Assembly (NCBI GenBank): GCA_964548405.1
Contig: CAZJPW010000003.1
Location: forward strand, 1-61,514
From: an uncultured Candidatus Saccharibacteria bacterium
GTDB lineage: Bacteria > Patescibacteriota > Minisyncoccia > Portnoybacterales > UBA2143
DNA: 61,514 nt
Direction: 5' to 3'
How positions within the stretch are numbered: position 1 is the stretch's first letter; each line of letters starts with the position of its first letter. The position numbers and the translations under genes were made by a program. The notes beneath the pieces are model-generated. The model was not told the origin of the DNA. It searched no databases and worked only from the letters and a program-made list of their open reading frames with translations. Below are positions 60,568 through 61,514 of the stretch, one piece after another.

Positions 60568-60893
60568 AAGAGCCCAAGGATACAAAAGAGATATATTGGA
60601 CTCGGCATGTTAAGGAAAAGATGCGTTATTATGGTTTGGGTGAAGGAAGGTTAAGAAGAATTTTAAGAACTCCCAAAAGAAGAGAAGAAGGAATCGCCTT
60701 TAATACAATTGCCCTAATGCAGCCAGCAGGAACAAAAAAACCAACCGAGATTTGGTTGATGTATCAATTAGTTAGCAAGAGAAAGAAAATGATTTCTGCT
60801 TGGCGCTATCCAGGTATTAGTCCTCAAGGCAAGCAGATTCCAATCCCAGAGGATATTATAGAAGAATTAAGGAAGGATAGGGTTATAAAATAG
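60558..60893 (+). CDS. Small basic hypothetical protein (possible RelE/BrnT/DUF4258-like fold)
   Basis: YWTRHVKEKM...EIWLMY...KKMISAWRY; coupled to murI. Confidence 0.6.
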   Translation: MFLKEPKDTKEIYWTRHVKEKMRYYGLGEGRLRRILRTPKRREEGIAFNTIALMQPAGTKKPTEIWLMYQLVSKRKKMISAWRYPGISPQGKQIPIPEDIIEELRKDRVIK

Positions 60894-60895
60894 TA

Positions 60896-60920
60896 CGACC
60901 CACTCGTTGAGAGCGGGTCG
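60896..60920. terminator. Hairpin between convergent genes
   Basis: CGACCC-A-CTC...GAG-C-GGGTCG followed by ATTTGTTTT. Confidence 0.65.
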
Positions 60921-60942
60921 ATTTGTTTTAAGTGGCAGCCGG

Positions 60943-61428
60943 TTATTGTTTTGAAGCTGACGTGTCCTTTTTTGCTTTAAAAACAGACCACGTCTTTTTG
61001 GCAATGTCCACTTTTGTCAAAAATTTGGCGTTCTCGGACAGGGTTTTGTAAAAAATTGTTCCCTCTTCGGCCACGAAATGTGCAACCCCTTTGTTTTTTG
61101 CGAAGTCCATTAGGGCGTCAAACATTTTTGTTTCATTGACATGACCCGTGAATGTGTGGGTTGTATCTCCGAAGTTAATCTGGAGATGTGAAGCTTGTTT
61201 ATTGATATAGATCTCGCCCCAAGCCGGGGATTTCGCAAACTCCTGCAAGAGCGCCTGAGATGATTCTTTTTCCTTCCAGTCCCAGCTGGTGTATGAACCA
61301 AATCCTTGTGTAGCCAGGTAGATCGGGGCCTTTGAGATATCGGCTGCGACAGGAGGAATGGTTGGAGGAATGACAGTTCCGATAGCCAGAATAAATAGTA
61401 CAGCTATTACGGTTAAAAATTTCTGCAT
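60943..61428 (-). CDS. Hypothetical secreted or membrane-anchored protein
   Basis: Signal-like N-terminus; AAGGAG-N6-ATG Shine-Dalgarno; upstream TTGACA (61506-61501), N17, TATAAA. Confidence 0.7.
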   Translation of the reverse strand: MQKFLTVIAVLFILAIGTVIPPTIPPVAADISKAPIYLATQGFGSYTSWDWKEKESSQALLQEFAKSPAWGEIYINKQASHLQINFGDTTHTFTGHVNETKMFDALMDFAKNKGVAHFVAEEGTIFYKTLSENAKFLTKVDIAKKTWSVFKAKKDTSASKQ

Positions 61429-61514
61429 GATAATCTCCTTCTTTTTGGGGTTAAGTTAAAATACGATGGTTAATATATTTATATCATATATTTATCGTAT
61501 TGTCAAGGAAATTA

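Overview
AT-rich bacterial window read in the standard genetic code (TGA used as stop). The gene content points to a Patescibacteria/CPR (Parcubacteria-like) genome; this is inferred from the protein families, not from a database match. Layout: (1) 1-4.7 kb: a 5'-truncated FN3/lamin-tail/PQQ-propeller surface protein, a four-helix-bundle-HTH gene, rmlA, and an ECF sigma factor with a DUF5667-like partner. (2) 4.9-16.3 kb: four secreted surface proteins led by a 1206-aa S-layer-like protein, then a TPR protein and an O-antigen-ligase-like (Wzy_C)+TPR enzyme. (3) 16.3-54.2 kb: a ~38-kb glycan assembly and tailoring cluster. It has seven GT4, two GT2, one GT9, two GT-C, Wzx, a priming glycosylphosphotransferase, six B12-binding radical SAM enzymes, one SPASM/twitch radical SAM, an AsnB-like amidotransferase, two deacetylases, three class I methyltransferases, two Pol-beta-type nucleotidyltransferases, a WbpB-WbpD-like fusion and a nitroreductase. 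(4) 54.2-61.5 kb: a surface metallopeptidase, murB, hpf, secA, murI and two hypothetical genes. Best candidate for an undescribed system: a cell-surface layer whose proteins share a ~115-125-aa putative anchoring domain (four copies), encoded next to a pathway for an unusually heavily modified glycan. No rRNA, tRNA, CRISPR array or mobile element was recognised. All family calls come from motifs recognised by eye; no searches were run.
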